A stretch of 64,000 nt of DNA from a virus, in IMG/VR virus record IMGVR_UViG_3300032753_000007, positions 32,001-96,000 of that record; one strand, 5' to 3'. A program made the translations under genes and the position numbers. Below are positions 16,508-27,565 of this stretch, one piece after another. Within the stretch, counting starts at the first letter, position 1, and every line of letters begins with the position of its first letter. A model generated the notes under the pieces. It saw nothing but the letters and a program-made list of their open reading frames with translations. It searched no databases and was not told the DNA's origin.

Positions 16508-18649
16508 TTAAAAATCTAATCGACCTTGTGCTGCTATACTCATTATGTTGCCTGGTAATGTATCATTGGCAAACCAACACAATAAGTTATTTACTGATAC
16601 ATAAGTATCAAAGTTTTGTTGTGCTCTTGCTCTTCTTAAACGCCATCTATTAGTAGGATAATATTGCTCTGCTAATCCTAAACTACCTAATACAGCCATA
16701 TAGTCAGTAAACATAGTATCTTCATCAAACATAGATGTCCAGCCTTGCAATACGTCTGATGTACTCAATTCAGATGTAATAGGGACATGCAGCATTTTAG
16801 ATAAGTTAATAATACTAATTGTTAAATCAATCCCTAAAGGCTGTTGCTGTATATTCCATCCTACGTTACCAGTGCCTCTACGAATGCTTAAATTACTCAC
16901 TATAGCGAGTTGATGTTGTACCCTACCCTTTTGCCATAGCTTTAAAAGAAAAGGCCCTGTCCAGCTATTTCTACCCGTTGTACGTGGCGCTGCGGCGGCT
17001 ATCCACATTGCAGTAGGTACTAATAAATCTTGTAAAATAGAAATGGGGTTTCCATAAGGCGTTCTTAATTTAATAGTATAGTCACTTGTTGGTAATGAGG
17101 TACTACAGCTATCCCAAAAATCAGGTATGTCAACAAAGGCTTTACCGCCTAACATAGCTAAACCACTAAAGCCAACTGATGCAGCTACACCAGACATAAT
17201 ACTACCAATTCCAGATATAGCTGTTTCTAAACTATTAGCAATGATATTATCAGCAATATTGCCATTTGCAATATTAAATAAACTGCTGCGTGCTGATCGA
17301 CTCGTCTCATTCATTTTAGATGCAATTTCAGATTCTTTAGTACTATTAGAGAATGATTCACCCGTACTCGCATCCCAATCTACAACAAAAGAAACAAATG
17401 CCTGCCCATAACCTAAGTCACCTTGTAATACTTCTGAATATTCAGCTAAATGTCGTGTTAAACCATTCCATAAATTAACGACTTCACCGCCCATAGTAGT
17501 AGTTGCTGTAGCTGCTTCATTAACTGATGTTTGTGCATCTTTTACAGTAGTATCAGGCTGTTGATCAGGTGTTGAATTATTATTACCAGAAACAAGATCG
17601 CTTAATTGATCCAATAGCCAATGGCCAGTCGCTGAAGCACTGTTTATATACGCATCAATTGTTTTAGCAAAATCAGGTTGATCTTGTATATCGCTTTCTT
17701 TTAATCCACCGCCATCTATATACGCTTTAATAGCAGCATTAGCAGATGCTGTATCTAATGAGTCTTCTCTAATTTTATTTATTATTTTTTGATGAGCATG
17801 TGTTAAACGATGGTATCTGTTAGCTACTTCTCTAATGTCTATGCCGCCATTATTGTTTAACCAAATATCAGGTAAAATAGTGCTGAGTGTTTTTATATCT
17901 GCAGCGGATTGTCCAAATGCAGCTGCATTCATAGTAGCCTTTTGTCCAGGTGTTTTAGATATATCGCCTGATGCTACGCCTTGTGCTAGTTTCATATTAA
18001 CGCTTAATGCATTAACAATAACTGTTACAGTAGACCAGTAAAGACTCATGGCGGGTTTCATGTAATAGAACTTACTCATAGGGCGCTGTTGTAAATCAGC
18101 AATCGCTTTTACTGCAGTACCATATAACACATTCATTAATGCTAATTCAGGTACAATATACCAGATCATAATGAAGCCAGTAAACTGAGCAATGGTTTTT
18201 AATAGATCGCCACCTACCTTACCACTGTTAGCCATGTTGCCGTGCATAGGATCGTAAAACGATGTAAAGAAATTAGTTAAACTATTATAAGCAGGTACGC
18301 CACATTGTATGGTAATCCGTGATGCATTTTGATCGACTGCTTCAGCATAATATCTACCCATACCCATACAAGCATTTTTAGCAGGACGTGTACTATTTTC
18401 TACACGTGCTATTAGCGATGGTAAATTAGGATCTGCATTTTCTGTATACTGATAGAGTGGGTTAATAGAGCGGTTTCCACCTAATGAGGTATCAGAATAG
18501 TTTAGCGTATTATAACTAAACTGCTTACTAGCTGCCATTTCTTTTGTGCGAATATTGTTATCTCTTGTAGCACCTCTACTAGGTACAAAGAATGCTTGCC
18601 TTATCCAACTTGCATCCGTTACATTTACTGTATTTGTATATAATGCCAT
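16508..18649 (-). CDS. Virion tail/baseplate structural protein (phiKZ gp182-like)
   Basis: 713 aa directly downstream of the lytic tail gene; DTSLGGN..INP, GMGRYY, ESFSNST.ES and IPDFW motifs recalled from this family. Confidence 0.65.
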   Translation of the reverse strand: MALYTNTVNVTDASWIRQAFFVPSRGATRDNNIRTKEMAASKQFSYNTLNYSDTSLGGNRSINPLYQYTENADPNLPSLIARVENSTRPAKNACMGMGRYYAEAVDQNASRITIQCGVPAYNSLTNFFTSFYDPMHGNMANSGKVGGDLLKTIAQFTGFIMIWYIVPELALMNVLYGTAVKAIADLQQRPMSKFYYMKPAMSLYWSTVTVIVNALSVNMKLAQGVASGDISKTPGQKATMNAAAFGQSAADIKTLSTILPDIWLNNNGGIDIREVANRYHRLTHAHQKIINKIREDSLDTASANAAIKAYIDGGGLKESDIQDQPDFAKTIDAYINSASATGHWLLDQLSDLVSGNNNSTPDQQPDTTVKDAQTSVNEAATATTTMGGEVVNLWNGLTRHLAEYSEVLQGDLGYGQAFVSFVVDWDASTGESFSNSTKESEIASKMNETSRSARSSLFNIANGNIADNIIANSLETAISGIGSIMSGVAASVGFSGLAMLGGKAFVDIPDFWDSCSTSLPTSDYTIKLRTPYGNPISILQDLLVPTAMWIAAAAPRTTGRNSWTGPFLLKLWQKGRVQHQLAIVSNLSIRRGTGNVGWNIQQQPLGIDLTISIINLSKMLHVPITSELSTSDVLQGWTSMFDEDTMFTDYMAVLGSLGLAEQYYPTNRWRLRRARAQQNFDTYVSVNNLLCWFANDTLPGNIMSIAAQGRLDF

Positions 18650-18670
18650 TAATTAAAATCCTGTAGTAAT

Positions 18671-18700
18671 TAGATAGCATAGCAATTGCTATGCTATCTA
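18671..18700. terminator. Perfect 30-bp palindrome
   Basis: TAGATAGCATAGCAA|TTGCTATGCTATCTA between co-oriented minus-strand genes. Confidence 0.65.
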
Positions 18701-18706
18701 TAAAGG

Positions 18707-21700
18707 TTAATAGGTTCTACCACTACTAATAACAGGCGATAGTGTTTGTTTAGCAGATGATGCATTAGCTACAATAATATTTTGAGCAGGTGTATTTGCT
18801 GTTGACTTCATCGTAGTTAATATTTGAGCCAATAGATCATTAGTAGTAGACAATTTAGTAAGATGCTCATCATGTCTATTAGCTGAATCTTTATTAGCTT
18901 GTACTAATTTATCTTCAATAGGTTTAGTATTGAGTGCTGTTTGTGTAGTAACACTAGATAGCGTTGTTGCACTAGGTACAGGCGGCATATCGTTAGCTGT
19001 GCTTGTAGTTGTAGATTTAGATGCAGCTGCAATAGGCGATGTTACCGCATTAGCTGGCGTTACTGAGGTAGCAGGCGTAGGCATTACACTAGATGTAGGC
19101 ATTGGTGGCATGTCATTGCTTGCTAGTGATGGGCCATTTCCTTTAGTTGCAAATGCATCAGCAGGGGGTAAGCCACCTGTATTAATAGGCACATTTGTAT
19201 TAGCAATGGCATTACTACTAGACGATACTGCTACTTGATAGGCTTCATCTTCAGACATGCCTTTAGATAAGTTAGCTTTATATTGCGCTCTACTGACATT
19301 CATTGCAGTAATTACACGCTCAGCTGATACTGAAGCTACATTACCATGCCCGTGCTTACTTCTGCCTGTATTAGGGTCAGCTAAACTCGCCCATTCTTCA
19401 GCAGCAGCATTAGCAGCAGCAACTGGATTATCAGTTTTACCTTTAATATAGGCTGATATTTGAGGTCTTTTTTTATCTAATAAATATTTACTAAATAAGA
19501 GTTCTTGTGTTTTAGCATCAAACTTAGTTGTATCTGGATTTAATCCTAATTTCTTTATGCCGTCTATTAATGTTGGTGGAATCATTTGATACTTACCTAC
19601 AGCAAATAAACGACGCTCATCATTAGCAGATCTATTCATATCCGCTAGTATTTCAGATAATGTCATGCTCGTTAAATCACGATTACCTACTGGACCTAAA
19701 ATCTTATTACCAGAAGTACCACGATTATAAGCGTTATAGCCTTTACTGCCTGATTCAGCATTTTTAATTAAACCAGCTAATGAGTTAACTACCGGTTCAA
19801 CTAAATTAACTTTAGCCCAATCAATGCCTTTACCGGCTGCTGTTTTACCTAATGTGTAAAGCTCTTTAGCTTTATCACCTACTTTACCAGCAAAGTCTTT
19901 AATAGGATTTAATAAGTTTTCTTTACTCCAATCTACTGCTTGATCAAACATAGATTTCTTAGGTGTACCATCTGGATTAACGCCTTGCTGTCTATCTCTA
20001 TCATAGTTAGGTGGTAATACTGGTTTATCTTTATCTAGTTTAGTAACAGTAGGATGTAAATTAATTGCAGATACTTTCTTTAAGTTATCTGCTTTAGTAT
20101 CATTATTTCTATTAGCTTGATTCCTAAGTTGTTCTACTAATACGTCAATAGTACTTTTATTATCACTTAACGTTATATCATGCCAAGGACTATTTTGTAT
20201 GCCATAAGGATTCATACCTAAGTTAGCTTCAACAGAACCAAACTGTACTAAGTTAACAAACTTAATTATATCTTCTTTTTTTAATTCATCGTCAATATTG
20301 TCTACTTTACTTTTACCAAATTGCTGTAAGCTAGCTTTATGTTTAATATAAACAGGTAAAAACCGTTTATATAACCAGGTATTAAAGTTAGTCTTATCAG
20401 TCATGTTGTCATAAGTACAACCAAAATCTTTATAGTACTTTTCCCATACTTCTTTAGGCAATAAATCTATTTTAGGAATATTTTTAGTGAGTGTAATATG
20501 GGGTGTAAAATCAGATTCAAAATTACGCATATCTGCTACTGCTTGACTATTATCAATAGGTATACCATATTGTAAAAATCTTAATTTTTCTAAAGGCTCT
20601 AATGCTGTTCTATTCATTATATATTTAGTGCCTTTATATAAGCCATAGCCAGCAGCACCAACAATAATAGCCCAGCCTACTGGATTAGATAACAATAAAG
20701 CACTTTCACCTAACGCTGCGCCTGCCACGCCTAACTCACCAACAGTAGCTAGTCCAGCGCCACCTTCAGCAGCTGCAGTAGCAGCGCCTGCTGCAGTAGC
20801 AGCGGCTTCACCGCCAGCTAGTGCTCCAGCTCCAGCTACTCCTGCTGCACCTGCACCACCAATACCTAAAGCACCTAACGCTTTACCGCCCCAGCCTTTA
20901 GCATCTTTTACTAGATCACCTGCTTTACCAAATGCATCTAATATACTACCGCCAGTAGGAGTCACAATTGGTGCTGGTTTCTTATTAGTAGGTACACCCA
21001 TTTCACGTAATTTTTTAGCAGTTTCTTGTTTAGCTTTACGTTTTTTAATAATGTCTTGAAACCCACCTTCACGATTAGCTTCTTTTTCTTCACTATTTTC
21101 AGTAGGCCACTTAGTGCTAATATAGTTTTTAATATCTTTTAGTGTAGTATTAATGGTATCTAGTTTATTACTGATCTCATTAACGTTTTCATCTACTGAT
21201 TTAGTTTTCTTTCTATTTTTAAAGAAGCTGCTAATGCTGCCTACAGGATTTTTTAATACACCACCTAATTTACTAAACCAATTGCTAGCATCTTTTTTAT
21301 CAGGTTTTCGTTTACCCATAGCAGCAAATAATAAATTAGACATTACTTGAGTAGTGCCTGTAAAAGCACCCCAACTTAGTTTACCTAATGTACCTACTGC
21401 TCTAGCTGCACGCTTAGGTGCTTTCTTAGCAGACCACCATATTAGATTGCCTAATAGCTTTGCTGGGAGCAATGCGAGTTTAGCACTACCAATGCCTAAT
21501 TTAGCAGCTAATGGACCTAATACTTTAGCTACTGTCCAACCAACCTTAGCTAGTCTTTGTGCTCTTTCAGGGGCTTTCATTAGTTGTCTTTTTAAAAATC
21601 CACCACCTTTCCATAATGTTCTGCCTGTAAAGCCTAACATTGTTTTAAGCGGATTATAAGCAGCCATAGCTAAACTAAATGGTAGCTTTGCAAGTGTCCA

Positions 21701-24700
21701 AGGTATTTTTATTAATGCTCCGCCTTTATCTACTATAAAGCGGCTAATGCCAGATAAGCGTTTAAATGAATTACCAAATTTAATACCTAAATTTTTACGT
21801 ATACTAGGATCACCATCTGGAGAAGGGGCTGCATAGCCCGCTGATGGAATGGTAGCAATAATGGTTTGTAATAGTGTATTAGTGGATGTGCCTGTTTCTG
21901 TCAAAACAGTCATTAGATCTTTATGTTGATCTTTTAATTGTTTAGATAATGAAGTTAATTCATCAGGATTACTGCTATTGAATAAACCATTATGTTTTTG
22001 ATTATCATCATTATTCCATTTAGGTAAATTTAATTTAGGCAATTCTATTTTATTACCGTATTTATCATAGAGCTCAGTGGCATTTGTTTTTAATGCATTT
22101 ACGCCAGTACTCCATCTATTTTTAATGTTCTCTTTTATATCAGAGCCTTTTACTTTTTTTGCTTTATTTTTAATAAGCTCTTTTACTTTATTAACACTGC
22201 CATACTTTTCTTTAAGGTTATTAAACGTAGTTTCTCTGTTATCAAAAGCATGTGTTAATGCAGCATTAATTTGATTAGGTGTTAATCCTTTACTTGTTAA
22301 GTTTTCAAATAGTTTTGGATTTTTTTCTTTTATTAAAGTTTCTAAATTTTCTACTGTTGGTTTATCCGGTAATTGATCTTTATGTTTATCATAGAAACCA
22401 CGAATAGCAGTAGTAGCTGTATTAACTAGCTTATCTTTTCTTTCTAATAAATTAGTTTGTAAAGCTTTAGCATCAAAAGGCGTATGGATTACCTTATTAG
22501 CTTCTTCTAATTTAGTCTTTAATAAATCTTCTATTTCTTTTTTATTAAACCCACGTTTTTCTAATTCAGTAAATAGTTTACCACTTTGTGCAGTTAGTTG
22601 CTTACCGATTTCTTCAGGTTGTAATTGAGCGGGTATTAAATGTTTATGTTTATTATAGAAGGCTTTGCTTTGTTTACTTGCTTCAGTAATGTGTGGTGCA
22701 ACATGTTTTAATAAACCACTTTTAACATTTTCTATATTTTGAGATAATGGGATAGCTGTTAGTTTTCCTTTAGTATCTTGAATATAAGTTGATAGCCCTT
22801 TTATCCGCTTACTGCCAGCACTATATACGCTATTTAAATGTTTAGATAATTCACTTGGTGTGGAAGTATAATTAATAAATCCAGCACTAGGCATTAAATC
22901 AATCATGTTTTGTAGCAGGGCATTATTACTGCTGCTATGTGCTGCTAACGCCTTTAACATATCGCTATGATTAAAGCTCATTACATTAACTAATGTAGTA
23001 ATATTATCATTACTAAAATTAACATTAGTAGTAGGCGATATCCCCTCATTAATGTTAACTGTAGAGGATGTAGGCAATAATGAATTATTACTAGATAATG
23101 GTGTAGGGTGAATGGTTTTACCTGCCATTACTTTCATTCTGGCTTTAGGTGATTTATTTTGATCGCCATATAAAGCGTCAATTAAATCCCAACGATATTG
23201 TTGATTAACAGCACCTTCATTATTGATTAAATTACCTAATAACTCTTTAGTACCTGTTGCATTAGCTTCATTAAGTACGTCACCAAAATTACCCACGCCA
23301 TATCGCAAAGCATTATAATTTCTGCTAATGTCTTTTTTTAATGTAGCAGTTTCTATATCATTGCTTGATACAGTCTTTATTCCGTTTTCATTAAACTCTT
23401 CAGTAATTTTAAACTTTTCTATAAATAAATTAGCAATTTTATTACGAGATTCATATGAGAGTACAGCAGGTAAGTTATCAGGCGATGCATAGTCTATTGG
23501 GTCAAAGTTAACACCTTCAACCGCTGATTGTTTCATAAAGAAAATACCTAAATATTTTCTTTCATTGGCATTTAGTATATTTTTATCAGGATCAATTAAA
23601 TCAATGATATAATCAGCATTTGTTTTTAAATCAACACCGACTTCTTTTTTTAATAGCTCACTAACTCGTTTTTTAGCACTAGATAACGTAGTAAACTGTT
23701 CAGTACGTGTATCAAACGTCAATCGTTCTGCTATTTCACCATTGCCTGATGTGTAGTTATAGAGTTTAGTTTGTTGTTCTAATATACGAGAAAGATAGCC
23801 TGGAATAATCTCTATTAATGAGCGACGTGATATTAAATCCCATGATACTGTTTCTGTAGCATCACTCATTAAATTCTTATTAACAGATTCGCCTAATGTG
23901 CCATTATCGCCACCATTAAATAGCTCGCCTACTGAGCCTACTAATGACCCGTATTCTGCATGTTTAACTTTACGATTAATTATACCTGGTAGATCACCAA
24001 ACCAGCGTGCTAGATCTTGTCCTACTGCATTAGTTTTATTAATGGCGCTAGTGCCTCTTTCACCAAGCACATTTTCAACATGTTTTTTACCATTCTTTTT
24101 TATCCAACCTGCAAATAACTTTCCAAGACCTTCACGCGCTTCATCGCCTGCCATACCTGCTGCCATTTCAGCAGCAGATGGCATAAATTCATCCATGCCA
24201 TCTTCTTGAGGTAAATTAGAATTTATAGCACTAGCAAATTCACTAATTTGTGTTTTTAGATTATTTTTAATACGATTAGGCATATCACCTAATCGATTAC
24301 TAATACTCTTTTGTACACTACCAATGATGCGTCGTTTACTTTCATCTCTAAACTTTTCAGAATTAGTTACTTTAACTTCATTAGGTAATGCTGTATTTTT
24401 AACAACATCAGCTAATAATGTTAATGTTTTACTATTATGAGAAAGCGTATTTTCTAATATGTCTTGTGTAGCAAAATAATGGAGGTATTGTACTTCTAAT
24501 GACTTTTTATAATAAGTAGCTAATATCTTATCTTGAAAACCAACTATTCTTCCAATACCACTAACTATTTTATGCTGATACTCTATACCATGTTGAAATT
24601 TAGCTTTATCTAATTTAATGCTATTTAATTGAATAACATCATCGCGCTTTCTTTTTAACTTACCTTCAAGTTGTTGAGCACCAAAGATAGTTTCTAATGT

Positions 24701-25180
24701 ATCTTTTAATCCTGTTTCTCTTGTATTTGAAGACCGTCCATAATCGTATGAATCGGATTCTTTTCCTACATGAGACATGTCTTTTATTTTATTAGTCACT
24801 TTATTAGGTAAGAATTTACCTAATGTAGGGAGTGCTTTTTGTACTTTTTTATCAATAACATTTAGCGCAGGTGCAAGTTCTTTTCTTGCATCATCAAACA
24901 TGCTCTCTGCATCATATTTAAATGACATAATAGAGCTATAAGCGTCGCCGTAACTACCTGGTAATACATCTTTAATTAACTTACCTATAAAGCCAATGCC
25001 ATGCTCTTTTGGATTAAAACTGCTTTTTAATCCTGACGCTATATCGCTAATAGGTTTGCGATCTTTTTTAATATCAGGATCTGAATCATCAAAATCACCA
25101 AATTCAGATCCAAACTCTTTCATAAAGTCATCATAGTCATCATCTAAATCTAACTTTATATCATCATCTTTCTTTGCCAT
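18707..25180 (-). CDS. Giant virion lytic tail / tape-measure-like protein with lysozyme-superfamily domain (phiKZ gp181-like)
   Basis: 2157 aa; LIEIIPGYLSRI motif; G/A-rich hydrophobic stretch; muralytic domain AES..GYNAYN...FAVGKYQMIP.TL...FD..TQ...EWAS; divergent from the vRNAP genes as in phiKZ. Confidence 0.8.
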   Translation of the reverse strand: MAKKDDDIKLDLDDDYDDFMKEFGSEFGDFDDSDPDIKKDRKPISDIASGLKSSFNPKEHGIGFIGKLIKDVLPGSYGDAYSSIMSFKYDAESMFDDARKELAPALNVIDKKVQKALPTLGKFLPNKVTNKIKDMSHVGKESDSYDYGRSSNTRETGLKDTLETIFGAQQLEGKLKRKRDDVIQLNSIKLDKAKFQHGIEYQHKIVSGIGRIVGFQDKILATYYKKSLEVQYLHYFATQDILENTLSHNSKTLTLLADVVKNTALPNEVKVTNSEKFRDESKRRIIGSVQKSISNRLGDMPNRIKNNLKTQISEFASAINSNLPQEDGMDEFMPSAAEMAAGMAGDEAREGLGKLFAGWIKKNGKKHVENVLGERGTSAINKTNAVGQDLARWFGDLPGIINRKVKHAEYGSLVGSVGELFNGGDNGTLGESVNKNLMSDATETVSWDLISRRSLIEIIPGYLSRILEQQTKLYNYTSGNGEIAERLTFDTRTEQFTTLSSAKKRVSELLKKEVGVDLKTNADYIIDLIDPDKNILNANERKYLGIFFMKQSAVEGVNFDPIDYASPDNLPAVLSYESRNKIANLFIEKFKITEEFNENGIKTVSSNDIETATLKKDISRNYNALRYGVGNFGDVLNEANATGTKELLGNLINNEGAVNQQYRWDLIDALYGDQNKSPKARMKVMAGKTIHPTPLSSNNSLLPTSSTVNINEGISPTTNVNFSNDNITTLVNVMSFNHSDMLKALAAHSSSNNALLQNMIDLMPSAGFINYTSTPSELSKHLNSVYSAGSKRIKGLSTYIQDTKGKLTAIPLSQNIENVKSGLLKHVAPHITEASKQSKAFYNKHKHLIPAQLQPEEIGKQLTAQSGKLFTELEKRGFNKKEIEDLLKTKLEEANKVIHTPFDAKALQTNLLERKDKLVNTATTAIRGFYDKHKDQLPDKPTVENLETLIKEKNPKLFENLTSKGLTPNQINAALTHAFDNRETTFNNLKEKYGSVNKVKELIKNKAKKVKGSDIKENIKNRWSTGVNALKTNATELYDKYGNKIELPKLNLPKWNNDDNQKHNGLFNSSNPDELTSLSKQLKDQHKDLMTVLTETGTSTNTLLQTIIATIPSAGYAAPSPDGDPSIRKNLGIKFGNSFKRLSGISRFIVDKGGALIKIPWTLAKLPFSLAMAAYNPLKTMLGFTGRTLWKGGGFLKRQLMKAPERAQRLAKVGWTVAKVLGPLAAKLGIGSAKLALLPAKLLGNLIWWSAKKAPKRAARAVGTLGKLSWGAFTGTTQVMSNLLFAAMGKRKPDKKDASNWFSKLGGVLKNPVGSISSFFKNRKKTKSVDENVNEISNKLDTINTTLKDIKNYISTKWPTENSEEKEANREGGFQDIIKKRKAKQETAKKLREMGVPTNKKPAPIVTPTGGSILDAFGKAGDLVKDAKGWGGKALGALGIGGAGAAGVAGAGALAGGEAAATAAGAATAAAEGGAGLATVGELGVAGAALGESALLLSNPVGWAIIVGAAGYGLYKGTKYIMNRTALEPLEKLRFLQYGIPIDNSQAVADMRNFESDFTPHITLTKNIPKIDLLPKEVWEKYYKDFGCTYDNMTDKTNFNTWLYKRFLPVYIKHKASLQQFGKSKVDNIDDELKKEDIIKFVNLVQFGSVEANLGMNPYGIQNSPWHDITLSDNKSTIDVLVEQLRNQANRNNDTKADNLKKVSAINLHPTVTKLDKDKPVLPPNYDRDRQQGVNPDGTPKKSMFDQAVDWSKENLLNPIKDFAGKVGDKAKELYTLGKTAAGKGIDWAKVNLVEPVVNSLAGLIKNAESGSKGYNAYNRGTSGNKILGPVGNRDLTSMTLSEILADMNRSANDERRLFAVGKYQMIPPTLIDGIKKLGLNPDTTKFDAKTQELLFSKYLLDKKRPQISAYIKGKTDNPVAAANAAAEEWASLADPNTGRSKHGHGNVASVSAERVITAMNVSRAQYKANLSKGMSEDEAYQVAVSSSSNAIANTNVPINTGGLPPADAFATKGNGPSLASNDMPPMPTSSVMPTPATSVTPANAVTSPIAAASKSTTTSTANDMPPVPSATTLSSVTTQTALNTKPIEDKLVQANKDSANRHDEHLTKLSTTNDLLAQILTTMKSTANTPAQNIIVANASSAKQTLSPVISSGRTY

Positions 25181-25205
25181 TTTTTATACCTATAAAAAGG
25201 ACATC

Positions 25206-27302
25206 ATGTTAAGTAAAAAAGAACCCTTTAATATATTTTTATTAAGTAATCAGAAATCACGTCTGATGGGCCTATTGCCTGTCCAATCAATGGACATTAA
25301 AAACATTGGTGGAGAATTTCATCCACAAGGGCTATACAGTATTGAAATATTTGGTGCACTAGGATCTAGGCAGCGTCAAAATAAACACGCCTATATTGAT
25401 ATGCGCTGTTATGTCATGCATCCTAAAATCTTTAGTGATTTAGAAAAACTAAAAGGACTCTATGCAGGCATCATGAGTAGAAAACAATATGCATTATGGG
25501 ATAATAACATAAAAGACTTTGTTAAGGCTGATGCCATTGATGGTAAAACAGGTTATTCTTTTTTTATGTCTCATTTTGAAGATATTCAGTTTCCACGTAA
25601 TGAGTCAGGCATACGCGATGCACGTATTGATCTATTAATACAAGAACAAAAAAAATGTATGTATCGCTATTTAGTTGTATTACCTGCAGGATTAAGAGAT
25701 TTGACTTATGATGAAAAAGGTCAAGAAGTAGAAGACGAAATTAATCCTATCTATAGAAAAATATTACGTACAGCTAATACTATTTTAGTAGATAATAACA
25801 ACATAAATCCAACAAATATTGATGTGGCTAGATGGACATTACAGACATCATTTAATGAGCTTTATGATTACATAGAATCAATCCTAAGTGGTAAGAAAGG
25901 ACTCATATTATCTAAATTAGCAGCACGCGCAGTGCATGGCGGTACACGGGCTGTATTGACGGCGGCGGATCCATCACCTGCTCATTTAAATGCGCCTGGT
26001 GGCTTTACTGTAAATGATACATTAGTGGGTTTACATCAATATATAAAAGGTACAGTAGAGTTAACTATTTATGGTATTAAAACAGGGTTAGCTAAAGACA
26101 TTATTGATAGATTACCTGGTGAAATATCATTAGTTAATAAAAGCACTTTAACTAAAATAACATTAAACCCATCAACTGATACAGTTACATTATGGGGTGG
26201 CGAAGTAGGATTAGAAAAACTAATTAATAAGTTTGAAAAACCTATTATACGACATAACCCTATAATGATTGATGGTCATTATTTAGCTTTGTTATATAGA
26301 GATAGTACGCATTTTAAAGTACTGTATGATATTACTGATTTACCTAAAGAGTTTAATAAAGCTAACGTAAAACCTATTACATGGGCTGAGTTTTTTTATT
26401 TAGCTGTTTATGAGCGCGTTAAAGATGTAGCAGTTTATGTTACGCGTTATCCTATTACTGAATTAGGTAGTATTTATCCATCTATGGTTAAATTACAAAC
26501 AACTGTACAGTGTGAAAAGCTAATACCATTAGATGATGATTGGAAACCTATAACTACTAATGTAAATGAAGTAACTGCCTACGCAATGCCTGTTTTAGGT
26601 AAACCCTTTTATGATAGTATCTCTGTACATACTACAAAGCTTCTTGAATTAAACGCAGATTATGACGGTGATAAAGTAAATGCTGTATTTGTAATGTCTA
26701 AAGAAGCAGTAGATGAAGTAAAAAAATACCATCATACAAAAACTACTTTTTTAAATAGTAGTGGTAGTTTACGGTATGGTGCTTGTGGTGTTAAAGATCC
26801 ATTAATTGGCTTGATATTACAAGGACTAACATCCGGTTTAGATAAAGATAAAATAATTACTATAGAGCCATTAAAAGAGAGTGAAACTAAAAATTATATT
26901 CAGTTAGTTGAACATAAATCACATGACCCTTCATTAGGTGGCATTGTTATTGATAAATTAAAAGCTGAATCTATTTATAGTAATTTATCTGATAGTGCTA
27001 ATATAGGCTATACATTGAAACGAGGTAGTGCTATAGTTGGATTTGCTGTTTTTATTCGATCAGGCGTTTCTATGTCAGGTGAATTATACTGTATTGTTTT
27101 AGATATTTATTCAGGTAATAACTACGGCTATAAAATACTTAAAACATTATTAAAGCAATTAAAAACACTAGGTGTTAAAGAAGTCATTACTACTGTAGGT
27201 AAAGACGCATCTGCTGGTATTGTTTTATGTAAAAAACTAGGCTTTATGTATGTGCCAATTAAATCACCTAATGTAATAGAATATCGTTTGAGGTTATTAT
27301 GA
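25206..27302 (+). CDS. Virion RNA polymerase beta' catalytic subunit (phiKZ gp180-like) with C-terminal GNAT-like domain
   Basis: GLYSIEIFG, VLPAGLRD, GKKG, TRYP and catalytic NADYDGD (aa ~483-489). The last ~150 aa resemble a GNAT fold. Confidence 0.88.
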   Translation: MLSKKEPFNIFLLSNQKSRLMGLLPVQSMDIKNIGGEFHPQGLYSIEIFGALGSRQRQNKHAYIDMRCYVMHPKIFSDLEKLKGLYAGIMSRKQYALWDNNIKDFVKADAIDGKTGYSFFMSHFEDIQFPRNESGIRDARIDLLIQEQKKCMYRYLVVLPAGLRDLTYDEKGQEVEDEINPIYRKILRTANTILVDNNNINPTNIDVARWTLQTSFNELYDYIESILSGKKGLILSKLAARAVHGGTRAVLTAADPSPAHLNAPGGFTVNDTLVGLHQYIKGTVELTIYGIKTGLAKDIIDRLPGEISLVNKSTLTKITLNPSTDTVTLWGGEVGLEKLINKFEKPIIRHNPIMIDGHYLALLYRDSTHFKVLYDITDLPKEFNKANVKPITWAEFFYLAVYERVKDVAVYVTRYPITELGSIYPSMVKLQTTVQCEKLIPLDDDWKPITTNVNEVTAYAMPVLGKPFYDSISVHTTKLLELNADYDGDKVNAVFVMSKEAVDEVKKYHHTKTTFLNSSGSLRYGACGVKDPLIGLILQGLTSGLDKDKIITIEPLKESETKNYIQLVEHKSHDPSLGGIVIDKLKAESIYSNLSDSANIGYTLKRGSAIVGFAVFIRSGVSMSGELYCIVLDIYSGNNYGYKILKTLLKQLKTLGVKEVITTVGKDASAGIVLCKKLGFMYVPIKSPNVIEYRLRLL

Positions 27303-27565
27303 AAGAAGAGTATAAAATTAAATTATTAGCATTAGTAAAGTTAATAAAAAAACGTTTATGTAAATTAGTAGGCTGTAATTTTTCATTAGTTGATGAAGTC
27401 ACTGTAAACGCTATTAGTAAACACCAATCTTATACTAAATTTACATTAAGCTGTAAACGCTGTAAAGGTGATATGATGATTGGTATGCTAGTGCCTATTA
27501 CTGAAATAGAGTTAGAAGATGCTATTTTATTAGAAAAATTTAAAAAGGGGTTAATTGTAAAATGA
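27299..27565 (+). CDS. Small putative Zn-binding protein (DUF1660-like)
   Basis: LCKLVGC and CKRCKG motifs; inserted between two RNAP genes. Confidence 0.5.
   Translation: MKEEYKIKLLALVKLIKKRLCKLVGCNFSLVDEVTVNAISKHQSYTKFTLSCKRCKGDMMIGMLVPITEIELEDAILLEKFKKGLIVK

Noticed and set aside
17127-24209. Many 60-100-aa antisense ORFs inside large genes (also at 411, 7033, 7656, 13352, 28458, 30120, 40658, 52664, 55188, 58307, 60685)
   Set aside because: Shadow frames of real genes; no SD or independent support.
26652-26672. NADYDGD instead of NADFDGD as a sign of an inactive RNAP
   Set aside because: All three catalytic Asp residues are retained; F-to-Y is conservative.
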